Shown here in pieces: positions 22,932 to 32,258 of a stretch of DNA of 44,822 nt. The stretch covers positions 1 to 44,822 of the IMG/VR virus record IMGVR_UViG_3300027852_000012. One strand, 5' to 3'. The DNA is from a virus. The stretch's first letter is position 1. Each line of letters begins with the position of its first letter. The notes below the pieces were generated by a model. That model was not told where the DNA came from. It did not search any database and worked only from the letters and a program-made list of their open reading frames with translations. A program made the translations under genes and the position numbers.

Positions 22932-23141
22932 ATGGAGCACAAACAAACCTTTAAGGTGTTCGTAAAGCCCGGGTGAGGTAAATGCACTAGACTGGTCAGT
23001 CAGTACGATGGTTGTGAAATTTACAATACAGATTCCCCTGAAGGACTTGCGGAGGCCTCCTATTATGGTATTAGTAGAGTTCCTGCCGTAGTCTGTCTTA
23101 ATGAGCATGATCAGCAGCTTTGGAAGAAAATAGCCTTATAA
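22932..23141 (+). CDS. Thioredoxin-fold (Thioredoxin_3 / glutaredoxin-like) protein with an in-frame TGA at the first redox Cys. It is either a candidate selenoprotein (UGKC) or a nonsense pseudogene.
   Basis: Not in the ORF track. Strong SD GGTGAGGAGGTAGT, then ATG. Sequence: MEHKQTFKVFVKPG[TGA]GKCTRLVSQYDGCEIYNTDSPEGLAEASYYGISRVPAVVCLNEHDQQLWKKIAL. Only the joined reading gives the beta-alpha CxxC and G..vPa.v thioredoxin pattern. Confidence 0.5.
22978..23024 (+). promoter_or_regulatory. Candidate bacterial SECIS-like stem-loop directly downstream of the in-frame TGA
   Basis: GUAAAU (22978-83) pairs with AUUUAC (23019-24). CAC (22985-87) pairs with GUG (23014-16). Apical ACUG (22991-94) pairs with CAGU (23001-04) around the loop GUCAGU, which starts about 21 nt after the UGA. 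Folded by eye only. Confidence 0.3.
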
Positions 23142-23154
23142 GTGAGGATGAATA

Positions 23155-25524
23155 GTGAAAAGATTAGTTTGGTTTTGTTGGCTGTTGTTAGTGATTGGAG
23201 CTCTGGTTAGTGGTATGCGAGGAACTGCTGTGGCAGATACTGCTAGCAATGATTATTGCATTGGATATCTTGACGATGATACTGATTGTGAGCCGGTATT
23301 TGCTGGTGCTACTTGGCCTGCGACTGCACTCAGAACTTATGTTAGAAAATGGATAGCTACAACGGATGGGGTGGTTGAAAGAGTTCATCACAGATTTGGG
23401 GCTGATATCACACATGCAGGGTGTAAGGCCGTGGTATTTGAAGGAGTGACAATGAAGGCTTCTGTGGCTTTAACCCCTGTTGCTAACAGCTGGGTTTGGA
23501 GTGATGCGTTAGTCGCGAAAGACGGACAATCATTGAGTTTTGAGGAAGGGGACGAATTATATTTTGGGGTCACTGTAACCCCTGATCCTAGTATTCACTA
23601 TGCGTACAAAACAGCAGGAACAAATTTTTATTTAGCTAGTGTTTATGACGATGATCCTTTGAACTGGAGTTATTCTGCTATAAATCTAGCCACTATATTA
23701 GAATACTCAGTAGGGATTTCAGATGTTTATACCGAAACGTTTTATATGTCAGCGGCCGGAGATGCCTCCGCTCCTGAAACGGTAGCTGGGGCCTGGGATC
23801 TGAGCGATGTGAATACAGCAGGAAATTGGGCCGCTGTTGACTCGGATGATGGGAAACTGGGGCCGAATGATAGATTGATTGTATTGGATGATGACGGAGT
23901 ATTTAGGGGAGAACTAGAGATTCAGCAATCTGGGCTTATCACTAAACCTATTACAATAGTTGCAGAGGAAGGAGGTACACCGACTTTCTATGGTTCCCAG
24001 GATTATGATAGCGTTGGGCAATGGAATGATTTAGGTGCTAATCTATGGGCAACTGCTAACAGCACTTTTGCCGTTGATGTTGGGTTTATCCTTTTTGGAG
24101 TAGAAGCGCAAAATAGCGTAGGGACTAAGGTAGAGGCACAAGTGGATTTAAATGCCCTTCGGGAGTTTTTCCATGACACCGTCAATGATAGGGTGATTAT
24201 CTATTCAACGGCAAATCCTTCTGGTTTAGCTAATGGAATTGAGATAGCCTACTCCCCTAACGATCAATATGATTATCTGCTTCAAATATATGATAAGGAT
24301 TACATTACTATAGATGGACTTACACTAAAATATTTTAATCCTCATGGTGTACAGGTATCTAGGTGTAAAGGCATCACGCTTCAGAATATGCAGGTTAGTT
24401 ATGGGGGAGGCCAGTATCTTGCTGGCACTACTAGGTATGGGAACGGTATTGAGTTTTGGTGTCATACAGAGGATGTTGTTTGTGATAATAACACAGTAAC
24501 ACAAATATTCGACGCAGCTATCTCAGTACAGATTTCAGGAGCTGGGTGCGATGATTGCATAAGGGATAATATTAGAATAAGGAATAATACCGTTAGTTAT
24601 TCCGGGGCTGGCATCACCTATATTCAATCTGCGGGTGGGACAACTGCTGATGATGATATTTTAATTTCATTAAATACTATTTCAAATAGTGGGCAAGGAT
24701 GGAGTGGGACGGATACTAACGAACATTGTTCTGGGGCGGAGTTAAATAAAACATCCACAGGTACATTGACTAATTTTCTTTTCTCTCGTAACACTATTGA
24801 TGTATGTGGTCCCTATGAAGATCCATTGGGTGGCTTAGGAATCATGACTCAAGGTGGTGCATTTGATATTAAGTGGAATAAGATTTCAAATACTATGAAT
24901 TGCGGGATACGTGCCACTGAGGCTGGTGGGGAGCAGTATAGTGGGGATATTATTGGGAATTTAATTATTGATACCGATAAAGACGGGGTTTGGGTAACTA
25001 ATGCTACGGATGAAGCAAATCCGGGAACACTTAATATCTTGAATAATACCATTTACGATGTAGCAGCAGCCTCCATTGGCTTTGACCTAGATGCTAATGT
25101 AGATAAGGTTAATTTTAAAAATAACATCATTAATACTGGGGCAGCAGCAAGAGCTATATGGGTAAGTCCTGATGCTACAAATTTAGATTTTGATTACAAC
25201 CTCTACAACAACACCGAGGGGGAACTTGTTAAATGGCAAGGAACTGCTTATACAATAGCAGAATGGGAGGATTATAAAACCGCTACATCACAAGATACCA
25301 ATTCCTTAACTCCTGGTGTGGCCCAGTTCAAGGATGCTGCGGGTGGAGATTTTAGTTTACGTTGGACTTCTCCTTGTATAGATGCCGGAGTGAATGCGGG
25401 GGTTACAGAGGATTATGCGGGTAAGGCTACTCCTATTAGAGGAGCTTTTGATATAGGAGCTTTTGAAGTATATAGAGAGGTTTGGTTTAAACGTCTTTTA
25501 CATAGATTAGGTTTAGGATTGTAA
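23155..25524 (+). CDS. Right-handed parallel beta-helix (pectate-lyase-like) protein with an N-terminal signal/anchor sequence. It is a possible tailspike/depolymerase or a secreted glycanase.
   Basis: 789 aa with a GTG start and SD GAGGA. N-terminus MKRLVWFCWLLLVIGALVSGMRGTAVA. Repeated NNT/NNI beta-helix turns (NNTVTQ, NNTVSYSGAGI, NNTIYD, NNIINTG). C-terminal ...GAFDIGAFEV. Confidence 0.6.
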   Translation: MKRLVWFCWLLLVIGALVSGMRGTAVADTASNDYCIGYLDDDTDCEPVFAGATWPATALRTYVRKWIATTDGVVERVHHRFGADITHAGCKAVVFEGVTMKASVALTPVANSWVWSDALVAKDGQSLSFEEGDELYFGVTVTPDPSIHYAYKTAGTNFYLASVYDDDPLNWSYSAINLATILEYSVGISDVYTETFYMSAAGDASAPETVAGAWDLSDVNTAGNWAAVDSDDGKLGPNDRLIVLDDDGVFRGELEIQQSGLITKPITIVAEEGGTPTFYGSQDYDSVGQWNDLGANLWATANSTFAVDVGFILFGVEAQNSVGTKVEAQVDLNALREFFHDTVNDRVIIYSTANPSGLANGIEIAYSPNDQYDYLLQIYDKDYITIDGLTLKYFNPHGVQVSRCKGITLQNMQVSYGGGQYLAGTTRYGNGIEFWCHTEDVVCDNNTVTQIFDAAISVQISGAGCDDCIRDNIRIRNNTVSYSGAGITYIQSAGGTTADDDILISLNTISNSGQGWSGTDTNEHCSGAELNKTSTGTLTNFLFSRNTIDVCGPYEDPLGGLGIMTQGGAFDIKWNKISNTMNCGIRATEAGGEQYSGDIIGNLIIDTDKDGVWVTNATDEANPGTLNILNNTIYDVAAASIGFDLDANVDKVNFKNNIINTGAAARAIWVSPDATNLDFDYNLYNNTEGELVKWQGTAYTIAEWEDYKTATSQDTNSLTPGVAQFKDAAGGDFSLRWTSPCIDAGVNAGVTEDYAGKATPIRGAFDIGAFEVYREVWFKRLLHRLGLGL

Positions 25525-25533
25525 GGAGGTATT

Positions 25534-25803
25534 ATGTCGGTTAATATTATTAGGAGTAAGTATTGGAGGCTTCAAGTAGCAGGAAGGATTACGGATAAGC
25601 CTGTTACTATTGCTCACGCAGTATGGTCTGGAGTAGGTACTGATGGGGATGATCTTGTCATTACTGACTTAAGTGGTGATAAGAGAACTACTCGTAAAGG
25701 TGTTTGTGGTCTTGATACTCTTATATGGCCTGGATTAGCTAGTCAAGAAGGCTTTATCTTGGCTACTCTTGATTCAGGTACACTTGAAGTCGAACTTGCT
25801 TAG
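25534..25803 (+). CDS. Hypothetical structural-module protein (89 aa)
   Basis: SD AAGGAGG. Confidence 0.55.
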   Translation: MSVNIIRSKYWRLQVAGRITDKPVTIAHAVWSGVGTDGDDLVITDLSGDKRTTRKGVCGLDTLIWPGLASQEGFILATLDSGTLEVELA

Positions 25804-25816
25804 AAAGGAGGTAGTT

Positions 25817-26083
25817 ATGAGTCTCACTATTAGAGAAAGGAATCTATTATCTTCTGTAGATTCTGATGGTCTTAGAAAGCCTTTGCACTGGTTTGAAACC
25901 TTTATTAATGCGCAGCAGTACATGGAGCCTAGGCCTATGTCTGTTATTAACGCTGATGGAGTTGATGCTGAGGTGGGGTTTAATAGAATAGTGGAAGTAA
26001 TGCCTGAGCTATACTATGGCACAGATACGGATGTGGCATCCACAGCAAAAGCAACTGGTGGTATTCTTGCCCCGCTAACCTAG
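25817..26083 (+). CDS. Hypothetical structural-module protein (88 aa)
   Basis: Start re-picked to the ATG at 25817, with the SD AAAGGAGG. Confidence 0.5.
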   Translation: MSLTIRERNLLSSVDSDGLRKPLHWFETFINAQQYMEPRPMSVINADGVDAEVGFNRIVEVMPELYYGTDTDVASTAKATGGILAPLT

Positions 26084-26094
26084 GGAGGTATGAA

Positions 26095-26832
26095 ATGCAG
26101 TTCTTAAAGCAATCAACTGCTGTCACACTTAAGATAGGCCCCTTCCTTGATGATACGGACTTCAAAACTGCTGAAACTGGGTTAACCATAACTCAAGCCG
26201 ATGTTAGAATTTCAAGGAATGGTGGAGATCTATTTCAGAAGGGCAGTGCTACAGCGTGTACGCATGATGAACTAGGTATTTATGGATGTCCAATAGACGC
26301 TTCTGATACGGCCGTATTAGGGAGATTGCAATTATGGGTACATGAAGCAGGGGCTTTGCCTGTATATCATGAATATATGATTGTACCTGATAATATTTAT
26401 GACTCATATTTCAGCACTGATAAGTTAGAGGTTGATCTCCTGCAAATCGGTGGTGATAGCCAGAGTCGAACTGACCTCAAAGATCTTATCGATACTGGAT
26501 ATGACCCTGTCACACATAAGGTTGAAGGAGTAAAGCTTACTGATACTACGACGACAAATACAGACACGGTTACAGTTGATCAGGTCAATGCGCAGGTCCT
26601 TGATGTACTAAATGTAGATACCTTCGCTGAGCCTGGGCAAGGAACGCCAGCAACTACAACAACCCTTGTTGAGAAGATCGGCTACCTATATAAGTTCCTT
26701 AGGAATAGAATTACCAACGACGGCAGTACTACCGAAGTCTATAATGATGGTGAAGATACTGTTGATCATAAAGCTACTGTAAGTGATGATGGCACAACCG
26801 TAACTAGAGAGAAGTTTGGGAGTGGTCCATAA
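26095..26832 (+). CDS. Conserved-looking virion protein (245 aa), function unknown
   Basis: SD GGGAGG. I recall the N-terminus MQFLKQSTAVTLKIGPFLDDTDFKTAETGLTI...GALPVYHEYMIVPDNIYDS as a recurrent phage structural N-domain. Confidence 0.55.
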   Translation: MQFLKQSTAVTLKIGPFLDDTDFKTAETGLTITQADVRISRNGGDLFQKGSATACTHDELGIYGCPIDASDTAVLGRLQLWVHEAGALPVYHEYMIVPDNIYDSYFSTDKLEVDLLQIGGDSQSRTDLKDLIDTGYDPVTHKVEGVKLTDTTTTNTDTVTVDQVNAQVLDVLNVDTFAEPGQGTPATTTTLVEKIGYLYKFLRNRITNDGSTTEVYNDGEDTVDHKATVSDDGTTVTREKFGSGP

Positions 26833-27179
26833 TGACTGCTAACGAGAAGCTATCTTTACTTGCGTGGCTGCAACCGTGGAGTATTCCTCTTCCGAATCCA
26901 GATGGTGTATTGGAGCGGGGGGACCTTCCACACCTAATCTGGGGAGCTAGTGTGATACGTTGGAACTCTAGCTACACAGAGATAGCCGAGGGGGCTGTAG
27001 CAGTGGTAGCTCCGGCAGCACTACTTGCTATACCCGTTGGTTGGTGGTCTGAGGGCTATTGGGCTTTGCCACTATCCTGGTGGGATGAGCCTTGGTGGGG
27101 AAGAGGTTGGTGGGCAGTAATGCACGAATGGTGGGGTGGTACTGAGTGGGTTACTCGCAGGAGTGGCAGAGATGTTTAA
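26832..27179 (+). CDS. Trp-rich small protein (115 aa; roughly 15% W by hand count)
   Basis: TAATG-coupled to the upstream gene. C-terminal half: VGWWSEGYWALPLSWWDEPWWGRGWWAVMHEWWGGTEW. Confidence 0.5.
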   Translation: MTANEKLSLLAWLQPWSIPLPNPDGVLERGDLPHLIWGASVIRWNSSYTEIAEGAVAVVAPAALLAIPVGWWSEGYWALPLSWWDEPWWGRGWWAVMHEWWGGTEWVTRRSGRDV

Positions 27180-27201
27180 TGCATGTCCAAGGAGGTAATT
27201 A

Positions 27202-27912
27202 ATGAAGATGTCGTCGGAGACTATAATTGCTGAGGCTAGATCTTCCTGGATTGAGCCCTCAGCTGGCTTTATTACAGAAGCTGAGACCTTGAGGTGGTTA
27301 AATATGGCTGAAGCTGATTTTGTCAGATACACAAAGTGTCTTAGGATGAAGTGGCCTTTTGGAACTACAGCTGAGCAACAGGAGTATTCCTTTCCTATTG
27401 ATATGAGGATGTATGAGATCCTTTGGATAACTGTAGAAGGAGAAAGAATAACTCCTACTACTACTGATGAGTTGGATGCCTATAAAAGCAATTGGCGACA
27501 GAGCGCAGGAGGATCTACTGGGGAGCCTGAATGGTATTATATAACAGGATCTCATGATGAGCAATTAGGCTTCTTTTATTGTCCTGATGAGGTATACCAA
27601 ATAGTGGCTTTGATTGTTGAGGACCCTCCTGCAATCTTATCTATTAGCAGTAGCACCTACCCTAAGATTAGGGAAACCTGGCATGAGGCTTTAGTATACT
27701 TCGTCGAGTGGCGGGGACATAAGAAGAATAGAAACTGGGAGGCTGCTGGGCAATCAAGGAAGGATTATCAGGTAATGAGAGAAGAAGCTAAGACAGCTTT
27801 TGCCTCTCTTATTCCAGAGAGGACAGCGATGCTATCTGGTCCCGAGTATAGACCCTCTCAAAGGAAACTACATTGGCCCAGATGGCCTTCTGGCTACGGA
27901 GGAATTACCTAA
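27202..27912 (+). CDS. Head-tail adaptor / tail tubular-A-like structural protein, putative
   Basis: 236 aa with the SD AAGGAGG. It lies immediately before the very large tail protein, as in podovirus gene order. No diagnostic motif. Confidence 0.35.
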   Translation: MKMSSETIIAEARSSWIEPSAGFITEAETLRWLNMAEADFVRYTKCLRMKWPFGTTAEQQEYSFPIDMRMYEILWITVEGERITPTTTDELDAYKSNWRQSAGGSTGEPEWYYITGSHDEQLGFFYCPDEVYQIVALIVEDPPAILSISSSTYPKIRETWHEALVYFVEWRGHKKNRNWEAAGQSRKDYQVMREEAKTAFASLIPERTAMLSGPEYRPSQRKLHWPRWPSGYGGIT

Positions 27913-30900
27913 ATGAGTGACTTCGAAAAAATTGAAGTACGACTAAAGCCTCCTTACTCCATGAACAACTACATAGATCCTATCTTTAGAGGTAGGGAGT
28001 GCGGAGTGTTCCAAGGGTTAACTAACTTCTTTGTCGATAAGGGATCACTAACTGTTAGATCAGGACTTACCAGGCAGAATGCCAATGCTCTGGAATCTAG
28101 TAAGTCAGTACTAGCCCTACATAGGACTAACTACCTAAGTGGTACCAGTCAGATGTATGCGTCCATAGCAGCTAAGCTTAAGTACTATACCGGAGCTGCT
28201 TGGTCTGATATGTCTCTCCCTACTGATATCACTCTCACTGATGACGTCAGGGGAGAATTTAGGAACTTCAAGAACAAAACCTATTACACCAACCATGAAG
28301 AGCCTATTCTGATGATAAGAGAAGGCTCTCCTCCGACTGTGACTAAGGCTGGATTGCCTGATCCTAATGCCAAGAAAGATATTCAACTATGTGAGGATAA
28401 GGATGAGTGGAGTTATCATGCTGGAGGAGGAGGGGGTGCTAAGGCTGATGATCTTGGAATGAATCACTATACTCAAGGAGATCAAGGTGTTAGCTTTTCT
28501 CAGACCACTTCAGGAGAGACAGCTACTCTTATTGATGCTTTTGATACATTAGATCTTACAGCATTTGAGGATGGCAGTACCTCCAATGATGAGGACTTCA
28601 TAGCCTTTACTGCTTTCAGATTCACCAAGCAGGCTATAGCACAACTTAAGATTGAACTATCAACTGGAGGAACAAACTTCGCTAACTCCTTTAGTTGTAA
28701 TGTGTATAATGAACCTTTGGCTGGCTGGGATTATTGGTCACCTAGGCAGACTAGTATGTCAGCAAGATGGGCGAATGATCCAGCTAATCATAGACTGTTC
28801 GATGTCAAGCTAAGGAAGAAGTGGTTTGATGATAGCACAGGTAGTCCTGACTGGTCAGATGTACGAGCTATTCGATTCTCTTTGAAGGGAGATAATAATG
28901 CTACTGCAGATGATCCAGCTAAGGTTGTCCTTGATAACATTAGACTACTAAAGACTCCTCCCGTAGTTGCTCCTTATGAACTGCAGATAGCTGAGTTTGA
29001 GAGACAAGAGTCTTGGAGCGGAGACTTTGATTGGGTGGATTACTGGGCTACTAAAGGAGTCTCTTGTGCTAAGTTAGCTGCTGGTGAAACTATGACTTGG
29101 TCTGGTCTGTCCCTTGATTTATCTGAGTATGCCGATGGTGTAAGTGTTGATGACACTGATACTATACAGATAGATGTAGGAGGACCTGGCTCCTCTACTG
29201 CCTACATCACTCTCACTCTAATAGATAGTACAGCCAAAACCTCCGTTTTCATCTTTGGCATCTTATCCATGCTAACAGGAGGGGGAGTTACTAGGCAACT
29301 ACCTAGATCTGGCATGACCATCTCTTCAGGATTTGATTGGTCCGATATAGCTAGCATTACTATACGTAATGACTTAGCTGACTATGTATACCTAGACAAT
29401 CTCCGTATTGGACCGGCTAGGCCCCAGATGTGGATTGATCCCTTTATACCTGTTGATAGAATAGCTATTGATGCTTTAGGGGAGTGGTTAGATCCTTGGC
29501 TTAGAGATCATCCTCTAGTAGCTGCGATAGCAGGATATGCTTCTGAGTTCTATGAGCAGTTCTGGTATACTACTTCGGGGGAGGGCACTATCACTTATCC
29601 GGATTGGTCTCACGGACAATTAGGAGCTTGTAGTATGCGCTTACAGGCTTCTGGAGGAAGCACCTTTAATGTACTTATTAAGAGAAAGCAGAACCTTGAC
29701 CTGACAGAGTATCGTATATGGGTAGCTAATAATACCTTCGTAACTCCTAGCTTTGCAAATTGGGAAGCTGGCTATTTTGGCTGGCTGAAATTGGTGGAGA
29801 TAGATGTAAGAGATTCTGATGAGTTTCAGATATGGTTAGCTAGCCCTAATTGGGCTGCTGTAAGAGAGATCAAGTTTAAGTTCTTTTACAATGAGAAGGC
29901 GGGTGCTGCTCCTCCCGAAGATCTTCCTGCACTTATAACTGATCCTCCCACTATTAGCATGGAGAACTATTGGGAGTATACTATGAACTACTCTCAAATA
30001 CAGGAGAAGGTTATAAAGCTTGCTGCTACCAACAAACTGCGAAAGCAGTATGAAAAGATAAAGAACTCAGATGCTGCTAAGGATATCTACTTACGGACCT
30101 ACTTGCAGGAGGTAGGAGGCTTCACTGATCAAGAACTAGAGAAGATTATTTACTTAGGAGAGGATAAAGAGCGTAGTGGCTGGCAGGCTTCTTTTCTTAG
30201 ATGGCGAGTTAAGGACCTCGTGCAGTGGCCGCCAGAGGGAGATTATAATGAGAAGAGTAGGCAGTACATATCAGGCTATCAAATATCTCTTACAGCAGGA
30301 GGGGCTGATGCTGAAGTGTGTTTTGATCAGTGGGTATTAAGGAAGAAGGGAGCTCTTAAGGGTCGGTATTGGTATAGGACGGTACTTGAGGATGATGAAG
30401 GATACTATTCCGCTCCCTCTGATGTATCTAATGTAATAGATTGTGATGGCTCAGATGCTATTGTAACTCAGATATATGATGCTTCTTCCGACACTAGGAT
30501 ACGTAATAAGGTAATGCTGAGGCTCGGAGGTGATCGTCCTGATGTGTGGACAAAGGTTAGGGACTTATCTCCTGAGTTAGAGTCCTTTGTAGATGAGACT
30601 CCAGATGAGGAGGCTGCGGCCTTCCAGGAAGAGTTCTACTACGCACCTCCTAAAGCCCATATCATGGAAGTAATTGGTAACTATGCCTGGTACCTAAATG
30701 TCACGGATAGGTGGAAGAGACGTAAGCCAAGTAGAGGTTATAAGGCCAGAGCCTTTGCTCCCTTCCAAGTAGGAGATTATGATTGCTTTGATATCAGACC
30801 AGAAGATGGTCAGGAGCTCACTGGCATTAAGCCCTATATGGGCCTATTAGTTGTTACCAAGGATCATAGTATTTGGACAATGTCTGAGGGCTTGGATGAG

Positions 30901-31626
30901 GTACCTATACTAAGAGTAGAGGAAGCAGGTATAATAGCTCCTAGGACATTATTAGCAACTAGTTATGGTATTATCGGTCTCTCCCATCAAGGAGTTATAA
31001 AAGGTAATATAGCTACTTGGGATCTAGCCTTTGGAAGACCTATCTATGGAGCAATGGAGAGTGTTAGTACTGCCACCTTAGAGCAGGCAGTTGGTTTCTA
31101 TCGAAATGATCACTACTTTATATTCTTCGGTAATCCTAATAATATAGGCTTCGTCTGCTACTTACCTACAGGGCAGTGGACTCAATTATCCAATATCACT
31201 TGTCAGGCTGCATTACTATTAGAAGCTTCCGGGGAAGGCAATAAGATACTATATGGGGATCATCAAGGTTATGTTAATTACATGCTACAAGGAGATGATG
31301 ACTTTGGGGTAGCTATTGCTTCAGAAGCGAATATGATGAACTTCATCACTGACAGTCTTGACCGGGACCAGTTTCTTCGTAGAGTGGCTTTCTTAGCTAA
31401 GAAACTAGCCGGAAGCCCTACTATAACTATAACACCTTATAAGGACGAGATAGCAGGAAGTGCTCTTGAAGCCAATAGTATTACTACCACCACCTTCGCA
31501 CTACATGAACAGGGCTTCCCTCAAGGACTCGAAGGAAATATCTTATCAACGAAGCTAACAGGCTCGGCTAGATTTGCTTTATCCGATGCTCAGTTGGACA
31601 TTTGGAAGAGGCCAGAAAGAAAATGA
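27913..31626 (+). CDS. Large tail (nozzle / tubular-B-like) structural protein, putative
   Basis: 1237 aa with the SD GGAGGA. The C-terminal third has a beta-propeller-like repetitive character (LVVTKDHSIWTMSEG..., IIGLSHQGVIKGN...). The assignment rests mainly on position. Confidence 0.4.
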   Translation: MSDFEKIEVRLKPPYSMNNYIDPIFRGRECGVFQGLTNFFVDKGSLTVRSGLTRQNANALESSKSVLALHRTNYLSGTSQMYASIAAKLKYYTGAAWSDMSLPTDITLTDDVRGEFRNFKNKTYYTNHEEPILMIREGSPPTVTKAGLPDPNAKKDIQLCEDKDEWSYHAGGGGGAKADDLGMNHYTQGDQGVSFSQTTSGETATLIDAFDTLDLTAFEDGSTSNDEDFIAFTAFRFTKQAIAQLKIELSTGGTNFANSFSCNVYNEPLAGWDYWSPRQTSMSARWANDPANHRLFDVKLRKKWFDDSTGSPDWSDVRAIRFSLKGDNNATADDPAKVVLDNIRLLKTPPVVAPYELQIAEFERQESWSGDFDWVDYWATKGVSCAKLAAGETMTWSGLSLDLSEYADGVSVDDTDTIQIDVGGPGSSTAYITLTLIDSTAKTSVFIFGILSMLTGGGVTRQLPRSGMTISSGFDWSDIASITIRNDLADYVYLDNLRIGPARPQMWIDPFIPVDRIAIDALGEWLDPWLRDHPLVAAIAGYASEFYEQFWYTTSGEGTITYPDWSHGQLGACSMRLQASGGSTFNVLIKRKQNLDLTEYRIWVANNTFVTPSFANWEAGYFGWLKLVEIDVRDSDEFQIWLASPNWAAVREIKFKFFYNEKAGAAPPEDLPALITDPPTISMENYWEYTMNYSQIQEKVIKLAATNKLRKQYEKIKNSDAAKDIYLRTYLQEVGGFTDQELEKIIYLGEDKERSGWQASFLRWRVKDLVQWPPEGDYNEKSRQYISGYQISLTAGGADAEVCFDQWVLRKKGALKGRYWYRTVLEDDEGYYSAPSDVSNVIDCDGSDAIVTQIYDASSDTRIRNKVMLRLGGDRPDVWTKVRDLSPELESFVDETPDEEAAAFQEEFYYAPPKAHIMEVIGNYAWYLNVTDRWKRRKPSRGYKARAFAPFQVGDYDCFDIRPEDGQELTGIKPYMGLLVVTKDHSIWTMSEGLDEVPILRVEEAGIIAPRTLLATSYGIIGLSHQGVIKGNIATWDLAFGRPIYGAMESVSTATLEQAVGFYRNDHYFIFFGNPNNIGFVCYLPTGQWTQLSNITCQAALLLEASGEGNKILYGDHQGYVNYMLQGDDDFGVAIASEANMMNFITDSLDRDQFLRRVAFLAKKLAGSPTITITPYKDEIAGSALEANSITTTTFALHEQGFPQGLEGNILSTKLTGSARFALSDAQLDIWKRPERK

Positions 31627-32258
31627 GACCACTATTCCCAGTTAAAGATCCTACACTATTACGTCTCTTCGAAGATGTCTATGGCAAGATGACTAGGAGT
31701 GCTAAGGACAGCTCCTTGGCTTTAGCCGATACCCATGAGCGCATAGCTGGCCTAGAAAAGAGGTTAGTTGACACCCAGGCAAAGCCTACTAAGCCTCCTG
31801 GAAAGGCATTACCAATACCACAAGATCTATCTGTAGTGAAACTCGGGCCTTTTGGTTTAGCTAGTGTCGCCGCATTTGAGATGGCCAAGTATCCAGGCCT
31901 AGTAGGCTATGAGTTCTTTGGCTCAAGTGAATCGGGCTTTACTTGTAATGCTGATTCACGAATTACCTTAGGAGCGTTTCCATGGTGCGCATTCTTCTGC
32001 AGTCTACAGGAGCCAGCCTACTATGTGCGCTGTAGAACCTACAGTTTAACAAGTGTCTCACCACTCACAGCAGAAGCCTCTAGTGAGGACAAGCCAGGCG
32101 TACCTGAGTTCACAGTAGAACAAAAAGTACAAGTAGGGGGAGGACATGTATATTTCTTTCTTGGTCAGCCTCGTGTAGATGTGATAGTTACCTATACGCA
32201 CCGTCCTGCTACAGAGGCTGTTGTAGATTATGATATAAAGTATACGGAGGTAGAGTAA
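31623..32258 (+). CDS. Tail-associated protein (211 aa), putative
   Basis: Start re-picked to the ATG at 31623, which forms an ATGA overlap with the upstream stop. Confidence 0.45.
   Translation: MRPLFPVKDPTLLRLFEDVYGKMTRSAKDSSLALADTHERIAGLEKRLVDTQAKPTKPPGKALPIPQDLSVVKLGPFGLASVAAFEMAKYPGLVGYEFFGSSESGFTCNADSRITLGAFPWCAFFCSLQEPAYYVRCRTYSLTSVSPLTAEASSEDKPGVPEFTVEQKVQVGGGHVYFFLGQPRVDVIVTYTHRPATEAVVDYDIKYTEVE

Noticed and set aside
22974-22976. Genome-wide TGA reassignment (code 4 or 25) as the explanation for the in-frame TGA
   Set aside because: TGA terminates several well-supported genes at tightly coupled ATGA junctions (17977, 21003, 22537, 31623, 2259). Reading through these would fuse unrelated proteins.
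22800-23108. 102-aa minus-strand ORF covering the FN3 3' end and the gap before the beta-helix gene
   Set aside because: It runs opposite to the operon and has no SD. The plus strand here has a strongly SD-led thioredoxin-fold reading frame that explains the region better.
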